A stretch of 64,000 nucleotides of DNA from Candidatus Gottesmanbacteria bacterium (GTDB lineage Bacteria > Patescibacteriota > Microgenomatia > UBA10105 > UBA927): contig CAWBPL010000002.1 in assembly GCA_963790805.1 (NCBI GenBank), positions 512,696 through 576,695 on the forward strand, written 5' to 3'. Below are positions 1 through 10,503 of the stretch, one piece after another. The notes under the pieces are model-generated. The model did no database searches. It had not been told where the DNA came from and saw only the letters and a program-made list of their open reading frames with translations. The translations under genes and the position numbers were made by a program. Every line of letters starts with the position of its first letter. The stretch's first letter is position 1.

Positions 1-2
1 GA

Positions 3-377
3 AAGCGCAACATGTCGATTCTCATTACTTCCCATAATATGGCAGAGGTTGAAGAAATGTGTGACCGCGTGATTTTTTTAAATCACGGGAAAATATTTGC
101 CATGGATACGCCGCAGGGGCTGGCTCGCCGCAATTCCACGAGCGAATTACAACTTATGGTTGGAGACGGGTTGAAGCGTCTTATAGAAATGGCCCAACAG
201 GAACATTTCAAATTTATTGAGAAAAATCGCTTTATTACGATTACGCTTCCCGAGGAAAAAATCGCATCGTTTTTGACCGCTATCGGCAAACGCGGCGTTG
301 AATATACGGAAATTGAAATTGTCCGGCCATCACTTGAAGATTTCTTTTTGTCAGTTACCCACGGGAGGCATTCATGA
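3..377 (+). CDS. ABC transporter ATP-binding protein, C-terminal part (5' end cut by window edge)
   Basis: Frame is open to the window start. H-loop-type ILITSHNMAEVEEMCDRV. The stop overlaps the next start (ATGA at 374-377) of an ABC-2 permease. Confidence 0.8.
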   Translation, partial: KRNMSILITSHNMAEVEEMCDRVIFLNHGKIFAMDTPQGLARRNSTSELQLMVGDGLKRLIEMAQQEHFKFIEKNRFITITLPEEKIASFLTAIGKRGVEYTEIEIVRPSLEDFFLSVTHGRHS

Positions 378-1171
378 AAAATTTTTCATGGCATCGGGTA
401 TTTGGCATCATTCTTCGTCATTTATATAATTTCCGACGGACGTTTGATCGAGTTGTCGATGCATTTTACTGGCCCTCCGTCGATATTATTATTTGGGGAT
501 TAACGTTTTCAGCTATTTCAAAAGAGCAGGGCGGTCATGCAATCATCTATATAACAAACATCCTTTTGGCCATAATTCTTTGGTACGTCGTCTGGCGTGG
601 ACAATATGAAATTTCGGTCAATTTTCTGGAAGAACTTTGGAGCGAAAATATGGTGAATCTCTTTAGTACTCCTCTCACGCTTTCTGAGTGGACGGTCGCG
701 CTTCTTTCATTGGGAATCATTAAATTATTGCTGACAGTGGCATTTACTGCTACGCTGGCGTGGTTTTTGTACGCGGTGAATATCTTTCGGCTCGGGTTTT
801 TGCTCATCCCGTTTCTCGTCAATCTTCTTGTGGTCGGGTGGTGGTTCGGATTATTTGTCTCCAGTCTCTTGTTGCGGTGGGGGACGAAAATACAAACACT
901 CGGATGGGCAGGAGGGTACGTCATGGTACCGTTTTCCGCAGTGTATTATCCGCTTTCCTCTCTCCCGATCTGGATGCAGCGAATCGGTCAATTTTTACCT
1001 ACCACATATGTTTTTGAGGGCATGCGAGACTCGATTGCGTTTGGACATATGCCGATGGATATGGTGGTTAAAAGTACGGTTTTGAATGTTATCTATTTTA
1101 CATTCATGCTATTTTTGTTTATTTCCTCGTTTCGTAAGGCGCGTGCGAACGGGTTAGCACATCTTAAGTAA
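374..1171 (+). CDS. ABC-2 type transporter permease
   Basis: 265 aa with about 6 hydrophobic spans. Translationally coupled to the upstream ATPase. ABC-2-like layout. Confidence 0.8.
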   Translation: MKNFSWHRVFGIILRHLYNFRRTFDRVVDAFYWPSVDIIIWGLTFSAISKEQGGHAIIYITNILLAIILWYVVWRGQYEISVNFLEELWSENMVNLFSTPLTLSEWTVALLSLGIIKLLLTVAFTATLAWFLYAVNIFRLGFLLIPFLVNLLVVGWWFGLFVSSLLLRWGTKIQTLGWAGGYVMVPFSAVYYPLSSLPIWMQRIGQFLPTTYVFEGMRDSIAFGHMPMDMVVKSTVLNVIYFTFMLFLFISSFRKARANGLAHLK

Positions 1172-1243
1172 CGCAGTGTTGAGAAACGTTTATAATTACT
1201 CTGTTATAGAGGAAATGTTCTTACCCGAATTGTTAAAGATATT

Positions 1244-3235
1244 ATGACAAACGGTGGTCATATAGAAATTCCACGATCGCAAAGAATAGAAAAAGACGAT
1301 TTGTCGTTTCGAGAATCAGAAAGAAAACAAAAGCCAGAAACGTTGTCATTGCCTCCTAGTGAGTGGCTGACGGCAGACTATTTTAGAACTGACCCCGATC
1401 TTTTAGCTGACGCTACAATAGATCTGACAGAACGGTATCCACACATCGTTGATGAAATACTTGATAGTTTGCCGGATAAAGCGACGCAAGATAAATGGCG
1501 TGAACACAAAGAACAATTACTTGCTGCGGTAAACGCGGGTACCCGTATAGGAAATGAATTGAAATTGTTCATGTTGGGTACTAAGGAATTCGGTCCACGT
1601 TTCCGAAAAGCCCTTGAAATGCCGGAATTGGCTGATCATGCGGCAGATCACAGTCGTATGCTTGAGGCTACACAAAAAATGCTTATGATTATGAATCCGG
1701 ACACCGGTGAATTTGATACATCCATTGTTATGGCAGCGGCGATGTTTCCCGGACTTCATGATACTATGCAGCTGCTTCGTCGCTATTACAATATAGCGCA
1801 TCCGGAAGCACCGCAGCAGGACGCACGGATACTGCACGAAGAAGAAGAGGCATTTTTAATAAAATGTTTAACCGGACATATTGCTGACTGCGGGCAGTTG
1901 CAATATAACGAAGCGGAAAAAATTAGTACGTATTTAGCAATTTTTGTGTTGGTTCACGATAAACATGAGGAGCTGGAAACGATATTACAGGGAACCAACA
2001 AGGCATATACCGGTGAGGCTGAGAGCGCAGTCCCTATTTCTGACACCGATGTATATCCTTTATACCGACACCATGAATTGGATCTCACCACTTTAAGCAG
2101 GCATCAATGGTATGTGTTGTATCAGGGTTCTCGGAAAGAAAAACAGATAGTAAGTCCTGAAAAGGTTCCGGATAATACGGATTCAGAGTTCGGGCTGATT
2201 CCGTTTGTTGAGGAGGGATTTCGGAATGAAATACAAAATGCAATAGATGATAGAAAATCTCCTCAGTTTGTCCCGTCAGACGAACAACGGCGACAATTAT
2301 TGTCCTATTTATATATCAACGTGCTTTCTGATGTTTTGGATATGGGGTATCCGGCGGAATACGCGCTTCCTCGCAAGCTTTGTGGATCAAAAGCGCTGTC
2401 TCGGCCGCTCGTTCGCTGGTGGACAGATCTTTTCGAGGCTACGGATTTGGATCATCCTGATCAAACACATTCTGCATGGTCGCGCGCAATGATTGAGTTT
2501 TATATGATCATAGCATTTGCCAAACGGACACCATTCTGGCAAGATGCGCATTTTCGAGAGAGACTCGGAAATACCGTTTTAATGCAATCGGTTCGAACGG
2601 ATACTATATTTGCCGATCTTATGGAGGAATATGCGACGCCCAAACCCGAATCGTTTTTTTCTCATACAATTCATATCATAACCGATAAACGGGTGCAGTT
2701 TGTGATAATAAAAGCCATGGGCAAGCATAAAGGCATACCATCCAAAGAGAAAGAAAGAATAATACAACGTTTAAAGAATGATGAGGATACAGATGGTGTG
2801 CTTATTGACGTCATGGATTTACTCAGAAAATATCCACCCAAAAACAAACTTCATGAATCATACGCCGATCGACTGTGGGATGCGGTGGCGCGATTGCACA
2901 GCATAATTGAGGTTGCGAGCAAAAATCTAGCTCTCATGCCTAAACCCGATTACCCCGAAGCGAGAAGTGACACGGATGAGATATATTCATCTGATGATCG
3001 CATGAACAGAGAAATAAATTTTTCGCGATTTTTTAGTACGTTATTTCAATATATTGAGCAAAGAAGTGATATCGAACGAAGTATATTGTTTAATGCTTTC
3101 CGAAACGGTGCCATTGAGGGAATTCCGATTCTTATTCCTCAGGGGACAACATCGCTCGGTGATATTCTTGATGTAAAAACAATCCATGATAAATATCCGT
3201 ATTTAAAACAGATTTTACAAGTAAGCGATATATAA
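1244..3235 (+). CDS. Large acidic hypothetical protein (663 aa), no recognisable domain
   Basis: Long uninterrupted ORF with no TM or signal peptide. I could not identify any family motif. Confidence 0.6.
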   Translation: MTNGGHIEIPRSQRIEKDDLSFRESERKQKPETLSLPPSEWLTADYFRTDPDLLADATIDLTERYPHIVDEILDSLPDKATQDKWREHKEQLLAAVNAGTRIGNELKLFMLGTKEFGPRFRKALEMPELADHAADHSRMLEATQKMLMIMNPDTGEFDTSIVMAAAMFPGLHDTMQLLRRYYNIAHPEAPQQDARILHEEEEAFLIKCLTGHIADCGQLQYNEAEKISTYLAIFVLVHDKHEELETILQGTNKAYTGEAESAVPISDTDVYPLYRHHELDLTTLSRHQWYVLYQGSRKEKQIVSPEKVPDNTDSEFGLIPFVEEGFRNEIQNAIDDRKSPQFVPSDEQRRQLLSYLYINVLSDVLDMGYPAEYALPRKLCGSKALSRPLVRWWTDLFEATDLDHPDQTHSAWSRAMIEFYMIIAFAKRTPFWQDAHFRERLGNTVLMQSVRTDTIFADLMEEYATPKPESFFSHTIHIITDKRVQFVIIKAMGKHKGIPSKEKERIIQRLKNDEDTDGVLIDVMDLLRKYPPKNKLHESYADRLWDAVARLHSIIEVASKNLALMPKPDYPEARSDTDEIYSSDDRMNREINFSRFFSTLFQYIEQRSDIERSILFNAFRNGAIEGIPILIPQGTTSLGDILDVKTIHDKYPYLKQILQVSDI

Positions 3236-3374
3236 ATATTCTCAAAGAACCCCATTGGAAAGAGGAGTCTCCAAGGGTACACATGACAAATCTTGTACTA
3301 ATATTTGACAAATTCAGAAATTTTGCTAAGATGTATGCAACGCGTCAATAGGCGCTTTTTTTGAGGATTTAACA

Positions 3375-4079
3375 ATGACGTTAAAAGGCGACGCATTTGT
3401 CCTGTCCCTCGGTGGATCCCTCGTTGTTCCAAACGGTGGTATTGATACCCATTTCCTTCAGGAATTTAATGCTTTTATCCGAAACCAAATCTCCTCTAAA
3501 AAGAGGAGATTTTTTATAACTGTGGGCGGAGGAGTAACGACTCGACAGTATCAAAAAGCAGCTCAAGGTGTTCGAAAACAAGAAATTGATAACATAGATT
3601 TGGATTGGCTTGGCATTCACGCAACCAGACTTAACGCCCAGCTTATACGAACTATTTTTCGCGACATCGCTGATCCACGGGTGATTAAGCACTATGAGGT
3701 TATACTCAAAATAGACAAGCCTCTGGCTATTGCTGCCGGCTGGAAGCCGGGTTGGAGCACGGATTACTGTGCAGTAACGCTTTGTCAGGACTATGATATT
3801 GGGCAGATCATAAACCTCACAAATATCGATCATGTGTATACCAGCGACCCGCGAAAAGATCCAAAAGCTACATCGATGACCGATGTTACGTGGCGAAAAT
3901 ACAGGGATTTGGTTGGAGATACATGGATTCCCGGTATGAACGCTCCGTTTGACCCCATTGCATCAAAGCTCGCCCATGATTTGAACATTACCGTAAAAAT
4001 TCTCAATGGGAAAAATCTTGATAATCTTGCACAAGCGCTTGACAATAAAGAGTTTGTCGGTACCACAATCCATAATTAA
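3375..4079 (+). CDS. pyrH: UMP kinase, archaeal-type (amino-acid kinase fold)
   Basis: N-terminal VLSLGGS, ITVGGG and AAGWKPGWSTD motifs. The ~230 aa length is typical of archaeal-type PyrH. Confidence 0.75.
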   Translation: MTLKGDAFVLSLGGSLVVPNGGIDTHFLQEFNAFIRNQISSKKRRFFITVGGGVTTRQYQKAAQGVRKQEIDNIDLDWLGIHATRLNAQLIRTIFRDIADPRVIKHYEVILKIDKPLAIAAGWKPGWSTDYCAVTLCQDYDIGQIINLTNIDHVYTSDPRKDPKATSMTDVTWRKYRDLVGDTWIPGMNAPFDPIASKLAHDLNITVKILNGKNLDNLAQALDNKEFVGTTIHN

Positions 4080-4121
4080 TAAACAAAATCCTTAAGAGAA
4101 GATACGTGATAGAATAGGCCG

Positions 4122-5198
4122 ATGATACTGAATGAACTGACTCTTCAATACTTTCGGAGTTATCAAAAACAAACGTTTGCATTTTCTCCCAAAGTTACGC
4201 TTCTTATGGGTGTAAATACTGCCGGTAAAACCAACGTACTGGAAGCGATTTCCATGCTTGCGACCGGAAAAAGTTTTCGGGCCGATCAGGATCGGGAGGC
4301 GATTCATTGGGGAGAGGAATTCGCTCGTATAAAAGCAGTTGGTAGTGAGACAAAACTTGAAATTGTCATTACAAACGGTATTGTTACCGGTCAACACGCG
4401 CCGCTCAAAAAATATCTCGTCAACGGCGTCGCACGTCGTATGATTGATTTTATCGGGAATCTCAAAGCAGTTCTCTTTTGGCCGGAACATCTGGAGCTGG
4501 TTACCGATAGCCCGTCGATCCGACGAAAATATTTAGACAGCGTCCTCATACAGGTTGACCGCGAATATAGACGAAATCTTCTGTCCTATGAGCGGGGACT
4601 TCGGCAAAGAAACAGGCTTCTTGATCTTATTAATGAGGGGAAAGCAAGCCGCCAGCAACTTTTTTTTTGGAATCAACTGCTTATCAAGTCCGGTAATTAT
4701 CTCACTGACCTGCGCTTAGAATTTATTGAATTTATCAATACATCTTCAATTCCCCACGCTCGCTATCATATCGTGTATGACAAAAGCATCATATCGGAAT
4801 CCCGACTTGACCAGTATAAAGAAGAAGAAATTGCCGCGAAAGCGACCCTGGTAGGCCCCCACCGTGATGACATAATTTTTGAAAAATATGAGGCACAGAA
4901 CCAAAAAGAGCCCGGCGGGTTGGATTTAAGCAAATACGGAAGCCGCGGAGAACAACGACTTGCTATCTTGTGGCTCAAACTTGCGGAGGTATCCTTTATT
5001 GAAGAAAAAACAGGCGACCGTCCGACTTTGCTTCTTGATGATATTTTTTCAGAACTTGACGAAAACCATCGGGAACTCGTTTTAAATATTATTGGCAGAC
5101 AGCAAACAATGATAACAACGGCCGAGGAAGATGTCGTGGCTATGTTGAAGCGGGAAAATCCGGATATTGCCGTGATTTCGCTTCACCCGCGGAAATAG
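4122..5198 (+). CDS. recF: DNA replication/repair protein RecF
   Basis: LQYFRSY..., Walker A GVNTAGKTNVLEAI, signature GSRGEQR, Walker B LLLDDIFSELD. Confidence 0.9.
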   Translation: MILNELTLQYFRSYQKQTFAFSPKVTLLMGVNTAGKTNVLEAISMLATGKSFRADQDREAIHWGEEFARIKAVGSETKLEIVITNGIVTGQHAPLKKYLVNGVARRMIDFIGNLKAVLFWPEHLELVTDSPSIRRKYLDSVLIQVDREYRRNLLSYERGLRQRNRLLDLINEGKASRQQLFFWNQLLIKSGNYLTDLRLEFIEFINTSSIPHARYHIVYDKSIISESRLDQYKEEEIAAKATLVGPHRDDIIFEKYEAQNQKEPGGLDLSKYGSRGEQRLAILWLKLAEVSFIEEKTGDRPTLLLDDIFSELDENHRELVLNIIGRQQTMITTAEEDVVAMLKRENPDIAVISLHPRK

Positions 5199-5284
5199 TA
5201 TACCTTTTGGGTATCCGCCTATCGAATCAGTTTTTTCGCCTTTTCAGGCTGCAAACCTGAATAAGATGGGTGTAAAATAACACT

Positions 5285-6118
5285 ATGGAACCAGTAACTG
5301 TTGAAGATATAAAAAAACTTGCTCTTCCGCCCCGTGATTCCCATAAAGGGCAAAACGGGCGGTTACTGGTTATTGGCGGATCTCATCTTTTTCATGCGGC
5401 GAGTTTATGGGCACTGACGGTGGCCTCGCGGATAGTCGATCTTGTGCATTATTCCTCCGTTTCCGGGAATAATGAAATCGTACAAAACGCTAAAGCGGAG
5501 TTTCGAAACGGAATTGTTGTAGCAAGGTCCGATCTTGATTCCTATATACAGGAGGACGATTGTATTCTTCTGGGTGTCGGCATGACGAGAGACAATGAAA
5601 CCGAGACACTTACAAACGTGTTATTAAAACAATATCCCCAAAAACAATGGGTGATTGACGCAGGAGCTCTTCAGATGATGGATTTGACACTTATGCCGTC
5701 AGAGGCCATTGTAACGCCCCACCATGGTGAATTTGCGATCATTTGGGATAAGGCAATTGCCACACACCCAGAGCTTGCGCAGGTGACAACCGATGCAGAA
5801 AAAGTAAAGGTATTTGCCAAAGCATATCATTGCATTGTGCTTCTTAAAGGTGAACAGGATATAGCGTGTAATGGTGATACGTGTTGCGTTATAACAGGCG
5901 GAAACGCAGGGTTAACCAAAGGGGGGACGGGGGATGTGCTCTCCGGCCTCATTGCAGCCCTGTCTTGTAAAAACGATCCGTTTCTGGCAACCGTAGCCGG
6001 AAGCTTCATCAACAAAAAAGCAGGAGACGATCTGTTTAAACGCGTGGGTCCCTATTACAATGCAACGGATTTAACCAACCAAGTACCTCTCACAATGAAA
6101 GAATTATTGATTCCGTAA
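5285..6118 (+). CDS. nnrD: ADP-dependent NAD(P)H-hydrate dehydratase (YjeF C-terminal family)
   Basis: HKGQNGRLLVIGGS and KGGTGDVLSGLIAAL motifs. Confidence 0.85.
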   Translation: MEPVTVEDIKKLALPPRDSHKGQNGRLLVIGGSHLFHAASLWALTVASRIVDLVHYSSVSGNNEIVQNAKAEFRNGIVVARSDLDSYIQEDDCILLGVGMTRDNETETLTNVLLKQYPQKQWVIDAGALQMMDLTLMPSEAIVTPHHGEFAIIWDKAIATHPELAQVTTDAEKVKVFAKAYHCIVLLKGEQDIACNGDTCCVITGGNAGLTKGGTGDVLSGLIAALSCKNDPFLATVAGSFINKKAGDDLFKRVGPYYNATDLTNQVPLTMKELLIP

Positions 6119-6120
6119 TA

Positions 6121-7143
6121 TTACATCGCTCCGCCCTTGAAGTTAGGGCAGTTGGCTTTATACCACGTCATGGCATCCTGCGAACACGCGGCGCTTTTAT
6201 CACCACCAGCAGTAGGTGTACAGTCTACCCAGCCGCTTTGCGGGCATGTGTAGTTGATGGCTTGCGGGGTCGCTGAGGTGCTTGAGGCGGGCGTTGTCGT
6301 TGGAGTTGCAAAGGGCGCGAATGTAAACGTAGAAAGGATCTGATTATACGCGCTAACCATGAGTGGGTCAGCTTGGTAGTTGGTGAGGCCAAATATAACA
6401 ATATATCCGTCTTTGAGCTTTGCCATTGTATACAGATCCGGTTTTCCTGAGCCGGCCTGAGTGTTTGTGGAGTTGAATTGAAGAGTCTCTAGCCCGCTCA
6501 TTGTGGCTATTTTCATATTTTGTTTGTTGTTAAATCCCGGAGCTTTTAATTGATTGTATGCATCAGGCAGCGTAGTTGAGGTTGGAAGGAAGGTAAGAAC
6601 GTCAAATTGTACAACCGGAAGCGATTGAAGCTGGAGAGCGGTTTTGTTTTTATATGTGCTTGGTTCAAAGGATGCGGCAGGGTCACCTTCTGATGTTATG
6701 GAATCGTTAGTAGAATAATCAGCAGGATATTTCAACGAGAATCCGTATTTTGTATTGGTATATGTTTTCCAATTTGACATTGGATTGGGCGTAGGTGTTG
6801 GTGTGGAAGTAGGCGATGGTTTTGCTTTTGGCGTAGGCGTTGGCATGACAAGAACGATATGTGGGAGAGGTATGCGTTTTACAAATGAACTGACATGATA
6901 TTTTTCAAAGCCGATGCCCATAAGGAATACAATGACAAAACCCACCATTAATAAAAGTAAATTAGATTTCGGTTTTTGCGGAGTAATCGGTTGGGGAGGT
7001 GCGGGTGTTGTTGTCGTCGGAGGCTGTGGAGTCGCTTGCATTGATTCCTGCGGCGCGGGCGATTGACTCACTTCTGATGTGTCTGGCGCTGGTTGTGCGG
7101 GTGTCGCGGGCGTTGATGACTGACCTTGGGCAGAAGGTTCCAT
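6121..7143 (-). CDS. Membrane-anchored Pro/Thr-rich surface protein with 4-Cys C-terminus
   Basis: N-terminal low-complexity P/T/Q region, one TM (LLLLMVGFVIVFLMGIGF), a second PT linker, and a C-terminal CPQSGWVDC...C...C. Confidence 0.6.
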   Translation of the reverse strand: MEPSAQGQSSTPATPAQPAPDTSEVSQSPAPQESMQATPQPPTTTTPAPPQPITPQKPKSNLLLLMVGFVIVFLMGIGFEKYHVSSFVKRIPLPHIVLVMPTPTPKAKPSPTSTPTPTPNPMSNWKTYTNTKYGFSLKYPADYSTNDSITSEGDPAASFEPSTYKNKTALQLQSLPVVQFDVLTFLPTSTTLPDAYNQLKAPGFNNKQNMKIATMSGLETLQFNSTNTQAGSGKPDLYTMAKLKDGYIVIFGLTNYQADPLMVSAYNQILSTFTFAPFATPTTTPASSTSATPQAINYTCPQSGWVDCTPTAGGDKSAACSQDAMTWYKANCPNFKGGAM

Positions 7144-7163
7144 AGAAGTAGTATAGCAAGTTA

Positions 7164-7430
7164 TTATTCCTTCTCCAACTGTTCAATGAGTTTTGAAAGG
7201 TTGAGGGTAACTATAACCGCGATGACCGTTACCAAAACGGCATATACAAGAAGCGAAATGAACCCGCCTCCGCGCGGAAGATAGGGCTTCAAATACGTCG
7301 TTACCAATTCCTGAATCGCAGCATTCCAAGCAAGGGCGGCAACCAATCCAAAGCCGCTTGTGGCTAAAACGAGCATCTGCCGCAGGACGGCCAAATGCAA
7401 TTTATTTTGCTGTTGCTTTTTTGCATCCAT
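7164..7430 (-). CDS. Small 2-TM membrane protein (88 aa)
   Basis: The tracked 155-aa ORF was trimmed to MDAKKQQQNK (ATG at 7430). The upstream part overlaps the Fic gene region and looks non-coding. Confidence 0.5.
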   Translation of the reverse strand: MDAKKQQQNKLHLAVLRQMLVLATSGFGLVAALAWNAAIQELVTTYLKPYLPRGGGFISLLVYAVLVTVIAVIVTLNLSKLIEQLEKE

Positions 7431-7472
7431 GCGGTTATTATACGGGTATTCTGCGGGGAAAATCAAGCGCCT

Positions 7473-8516
7473 ATGTATACACCAAATTACAACATTACCA
7501 ACAAAATCCTTAAATACATGGGGATTATTGAAGCGGCCAAAGAGGTCATCGAAAACGCGCCGCTCGTGCCGGCATGGGAAGCACGATTTCGGGAAGACGC
7601 GCTCGTGCGTACGGTTCATCACGGGACCCATATAGAAGGGAACGAGTTGACGTTTGGCGAGGCGGAAAAAGTACTCGCCGGCGCCAAAATCGTTGGTCGC
7701 GAACGGGATATTCAGGAGGTATTGAATTACAGAAATGTTCTAAAGTTTATTGAAGAATACGATAAGAACGAAATTACCGAAGAAACGCTTAAGCATATTC
7801 ATGCGATGACAGTTAATCGAATTTTGCCCGATGATGCGGTCGGGATCTACCGGAAGACCCAAGTAGTTGTCAAAAACAGCCAGACCGGAGAAGTGACGTT
7901 TCGACCGCCGCCCGCGATTGAAATACCGTTTCTGGTTTCTTCGTTTTTGCAATGGCTCAATACCATGACGCCCGATGAGGTCAACATCATTCTCAAAGCA
8001 GGTATTGCGCATTATGAAATGGTCCGCATTCATCCGTTTTTAGATGGCAACGGGAGGGTAGCAAGGGGTCTTGCAACGCTCGTTTTGTTTAAAGGGGGAT
8101 ATGACATCAAGCGTTTCTTTTCACTGGAAGAACACTATGATCAGGAGCCGCTTGCATATTACGAATCGCTCCAAAGCGTCGGTAAACTCAATGGGAATCT
8201 GACGCCGTGGCTTGAATATTTTACTGAGGGGCTGGCAATAGAGCTCACCCGAATTAAAGAGAAAATTAAGACGTTATCGACGGATTTGAAGCTAAAAAAA
8301 TCATTGGGAGGTCAACAGCTTGCCATTACCGAGCGGCAGATTAAAATCGTTGAATTTGTCCAGGAAAACGGGTTTTTGCAGAATAAATCTTTCTTCGAGC
8401 TTTTTCCCATGATTTCGGAGGATACGGTGCTTCGAGAATTGAAGGACCTCATTAAAAAGGGTATAGTGAAAAAAGAAGGCACGACAAAAGGCGTTCGCTA
8501 CGTGCTTCGAAATTAA
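7473..8516 (+). CDS. Fic family protein (AMPylase-type) with C-terminal winged-helix
   Basis: Canonical HPFLDGNGRVARGL Fic motif. N-terminal THIEGN inhibitory-helix-like element. Start trimmed to MYTPNYNITNK. Confidence 0.85.
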   Translation: MYTPNYNITNKILKYMGIIEAAKEVIENAPLVPAWEARFREDALVRTVHHGTHIEGNELTFGEAEKVLAGAKIVGRERDIQEVLNYRNVLKFIEEYDKNEITEETLKHIHAMTVNRILPDDAVGIYRKTQVVVKNSQTGEVTFRPPPAIEIPFLVSSFLQWLNTMTPDEVNIILKAGIAHYEMVRIHPFLDGNGRVARGLATLVLFKGGYDIKRFFSLEEHYDQEPLAYYESLQSVGKLNGNLTPWLEYFTEGLAIELTRIKEKIKTLSTDLKLKKSLGGQQLAITERQIKIVEFVQENGFLQNKSFFELFPMISEDTVLRELKDLIKKGIVKKEGTTKGVRYVLRN

Positions 8517-8519
8517 CAT

Positions 8520-8705
8520 ATGGATTTGTCCGGCCCAGGCATCACGTATGCATTCCTCATTATTCCAGCCATGTTTGCCGTTGTTGTCATTCTTCAGGGA
8601 TTTCAAAAGCTTTCTCAGGGAAAAGCCGAGGGATATGTGGCGCTCGGGTTTGGCGCGTTATTTCTCGTGTTGATTTTTGCTGCCTATTTTCTATTCATAC
8701 GATAA
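8520..8705 (+). CDS. Small 2-TM protein
   Basis: 61 aa with two hydrophobic spans. It starts 4 nt after the Fic stop. Confidence 0.4.
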   Translation: MDLSGPGITYAFLIIPAMFAVVVILQGFQKLSQGKAEGYVALGFGALFLVLIFAAYFLFIR

Positions 8706-8738
8706 CGAGATCGTGATTGCTGCCTAACATAGATAGTT

Positions 8739-10463
8739 ATGAAGTTTTCAGAATTGGCCCAGTATTTTAATAAGCTCGAAGAAACCGCTTCCCGAAATAC
8801 GATGACGGAAATATTGTCTGACGTGTTTCGGAAATCAAACAAGGAAGAAATCGGGAAAATTTGCTATCTCCTTCAAGGGCGTGTTGTGCCGCTTTTTGAG
8901 GCCATTGAGTTTGGTGTTGCCGACAAATTTATGATCCGCGCAATCGCCTCTGCCTATCACGTGGAGGAATCACGGGTAGTAGCTGCATTTAAAAAAGAAG
9001 GTGATTTGGGAGCAGCTGCCCAATCCTGTTACTCTCAATCTTCGAAAAATTCCACTTCGCCGACGGTAAGCGAGGTATATGAGCGGTTGTACTCGATTAC
9101 GAAAGAAAGCGGTCAGGGATCACAGGATAAAAAAATTGCGTTGTTATCTCAATTGCTTGCCACAGTTGACACGTTATCAGCGCGCTATATTGCCCGCATA
9201 CCGCTTGATAAACTGCGGCTTGGGTTTTCCGATATGACCATGCTTGATAGCATCTCGTGGATGGTCAAAGGCGACAAATCGCTTCGCGAGAGGCTCGAGG
9301 ATGCGTATAACGTACGTCCGGATATCGGATTTATTGCAACAACGCTCAAGGAACATGGTATAGCCGGATTATCGCACGTTAAAGCTCGGGTTGGTGCGCC
9401 GATTCTTGCCGCTCTTTGCCAGCGGATTCCGACCGCCGATGAAATGATAGAAAAAATGGGGGTGGTTGCAGTTGAACCGAAATACGACGGCGTGCGGGTA
9501 CAAATTCATTTCGACAACGGATCGGCGAAAACCTTTTCAAGAAATTTGGAAAATACCACCGCTATGTTTCCTGAACTTCAGGAAATCGGGCATGAATTGA
9601 ACGCACATGAAGTGATTTTGGATAGTGAAGCGGTAGGAGTGGATCCAAAAACTGGGAAACTTATTCCGTTTCAGGAAACCATGACGAGAAAAAGGAAATA
9701 TGATATTGCGGAAGCCCGAACGAGCGTTCCATTAAAATTTTTCGTTTTTGACATTCTTTATAAAGACGGGAAAGAGCTTTTAACGGCCCCTCTTCGTGAA
9801 CGAAGAGGTATTCTTGAAAAAACATTAAAGCAAAAAGAAAACAAGCATCTCATGTTATCACCTGAGATCATTGCTCATGAGGCCAAGGAGATCCGCACCT
9901 ATCATGACGAACAGCTCAAAAAGGGACTGGAGGGAGCAGTTGTCAAAAAATGGGAAAGCCCGTATGAACCGGGGCGCAGGGGGTTTTCATGGGTAAAATT
10001 TAAACAGGAGGAAGGAAAAACCGGAAAGTTAACCGATACGATTGACGCCGTAATCATGGGGTATTCCAGAGGCGAGGGGAAGCGCTCTGGTTTTGGGATC
10101 GGCTTGTTTCTTGTTGGGGTGCGAGAAGGTGACCACTTTGTTACGATCACAAAAATTGGGACCGGCGTGTCGGATGATCTATGGAAAGAGCTTCATACAA
10201 AGCTTCATGATATAAAAACTGAGAAGCAGCCGAAAGAATATGAAAACGTCAACAAACTCTTTACGCCGGACGTGTGGGTGGAACCGAAGATTGTCGTTGA
10301 AATAGCAGGTGATGATCTGACGAAATCTCCTGCTCACGGCGCCGGTATTGCCGTCAGGTTTCCCAGATTAGTACGTATCCGGACCGATAAATCACCGCAT
10401 CAGGTAACAACGGTCAAAGAAGTGCGTACGATGTTTCATAACCAGAAACAGTCGTCTGTTTAA
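8739..10463 (+). CDS. lig: ATP-dependent DNA ligase (archaeal/eukaryal Lig1-like)
   Basis: Motif I EPKYDGVRVQIH (KxDG). 574 aa with an N-terminal DNA-binding domain and a C-terminal OB region. Confidence 0.9.
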   Translation: MKFSELAQYFNKLEETASRNTMTEILSDVFRKSNKEEIGKICYLLQGRVVPLFEAIEFGVADKFMIRAIASAYHVEESRVVAAFKKEGDLGAAAQSCYSQSSKNSTSPTVSEVYERLYSITKESGQGSQDKKIALLSQLLATVDTLSARYIARIPLDKLRLGFSDMTMLDSISWMVKGDKSLRERLEDAYNVRPDIGFIATTLKEHGIAGLSHVKARVGAPILAALCQRIPTADEMIEKMGVVAVEPKYDGVRVQIHFDNGSAKTFSRNLENTTAMFPELQEIGHELNAHEVILDSEAVGVDPKTGKLIPFQETMTRKRKYDIAEARTSVPLKFFVFDILYKDGKELLTAPLRERRGILEKTLKQKENKHLMLSPEIIAHEAKEIRTYHDEQLKKGLEGAVVKKWESPYEPGRRGFSWVKFKQEEGKTGKLTDTIDAVIMGYSRGEGKRSGFGIGLFLVGVREGDHFVTITKIGTGVSDDLWKELHTKLHDIKTEKQPKEYENVNKLFTPDVWVEPKIVVEIAGDDLTKSPAHGAGIAVRFPRLVRIRTDKSPHQVTTVKEVRTMFHNQKQSSV

Positions 10464-10503
10464 TGCGGCTCATCCTGATTTGCCGTATAATGCGAGAATC
10501 TGT

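Noticed and set aside
7431-7631. Long N-terminal extensions in the ORF track (7164-7631, 7395-8516, 22102-23442, 23453-24805, 16797-17399, 17407-18123, 34642-35964, 29313-29678, 62165-63610)
   Set aside because: The extensions overlap neighbouring genes or promoters and lack SD sequences. Their sequence is non-protein-like. Internal ATGs with SD sites fit the conserved N-termini, so the starts were trimmed.
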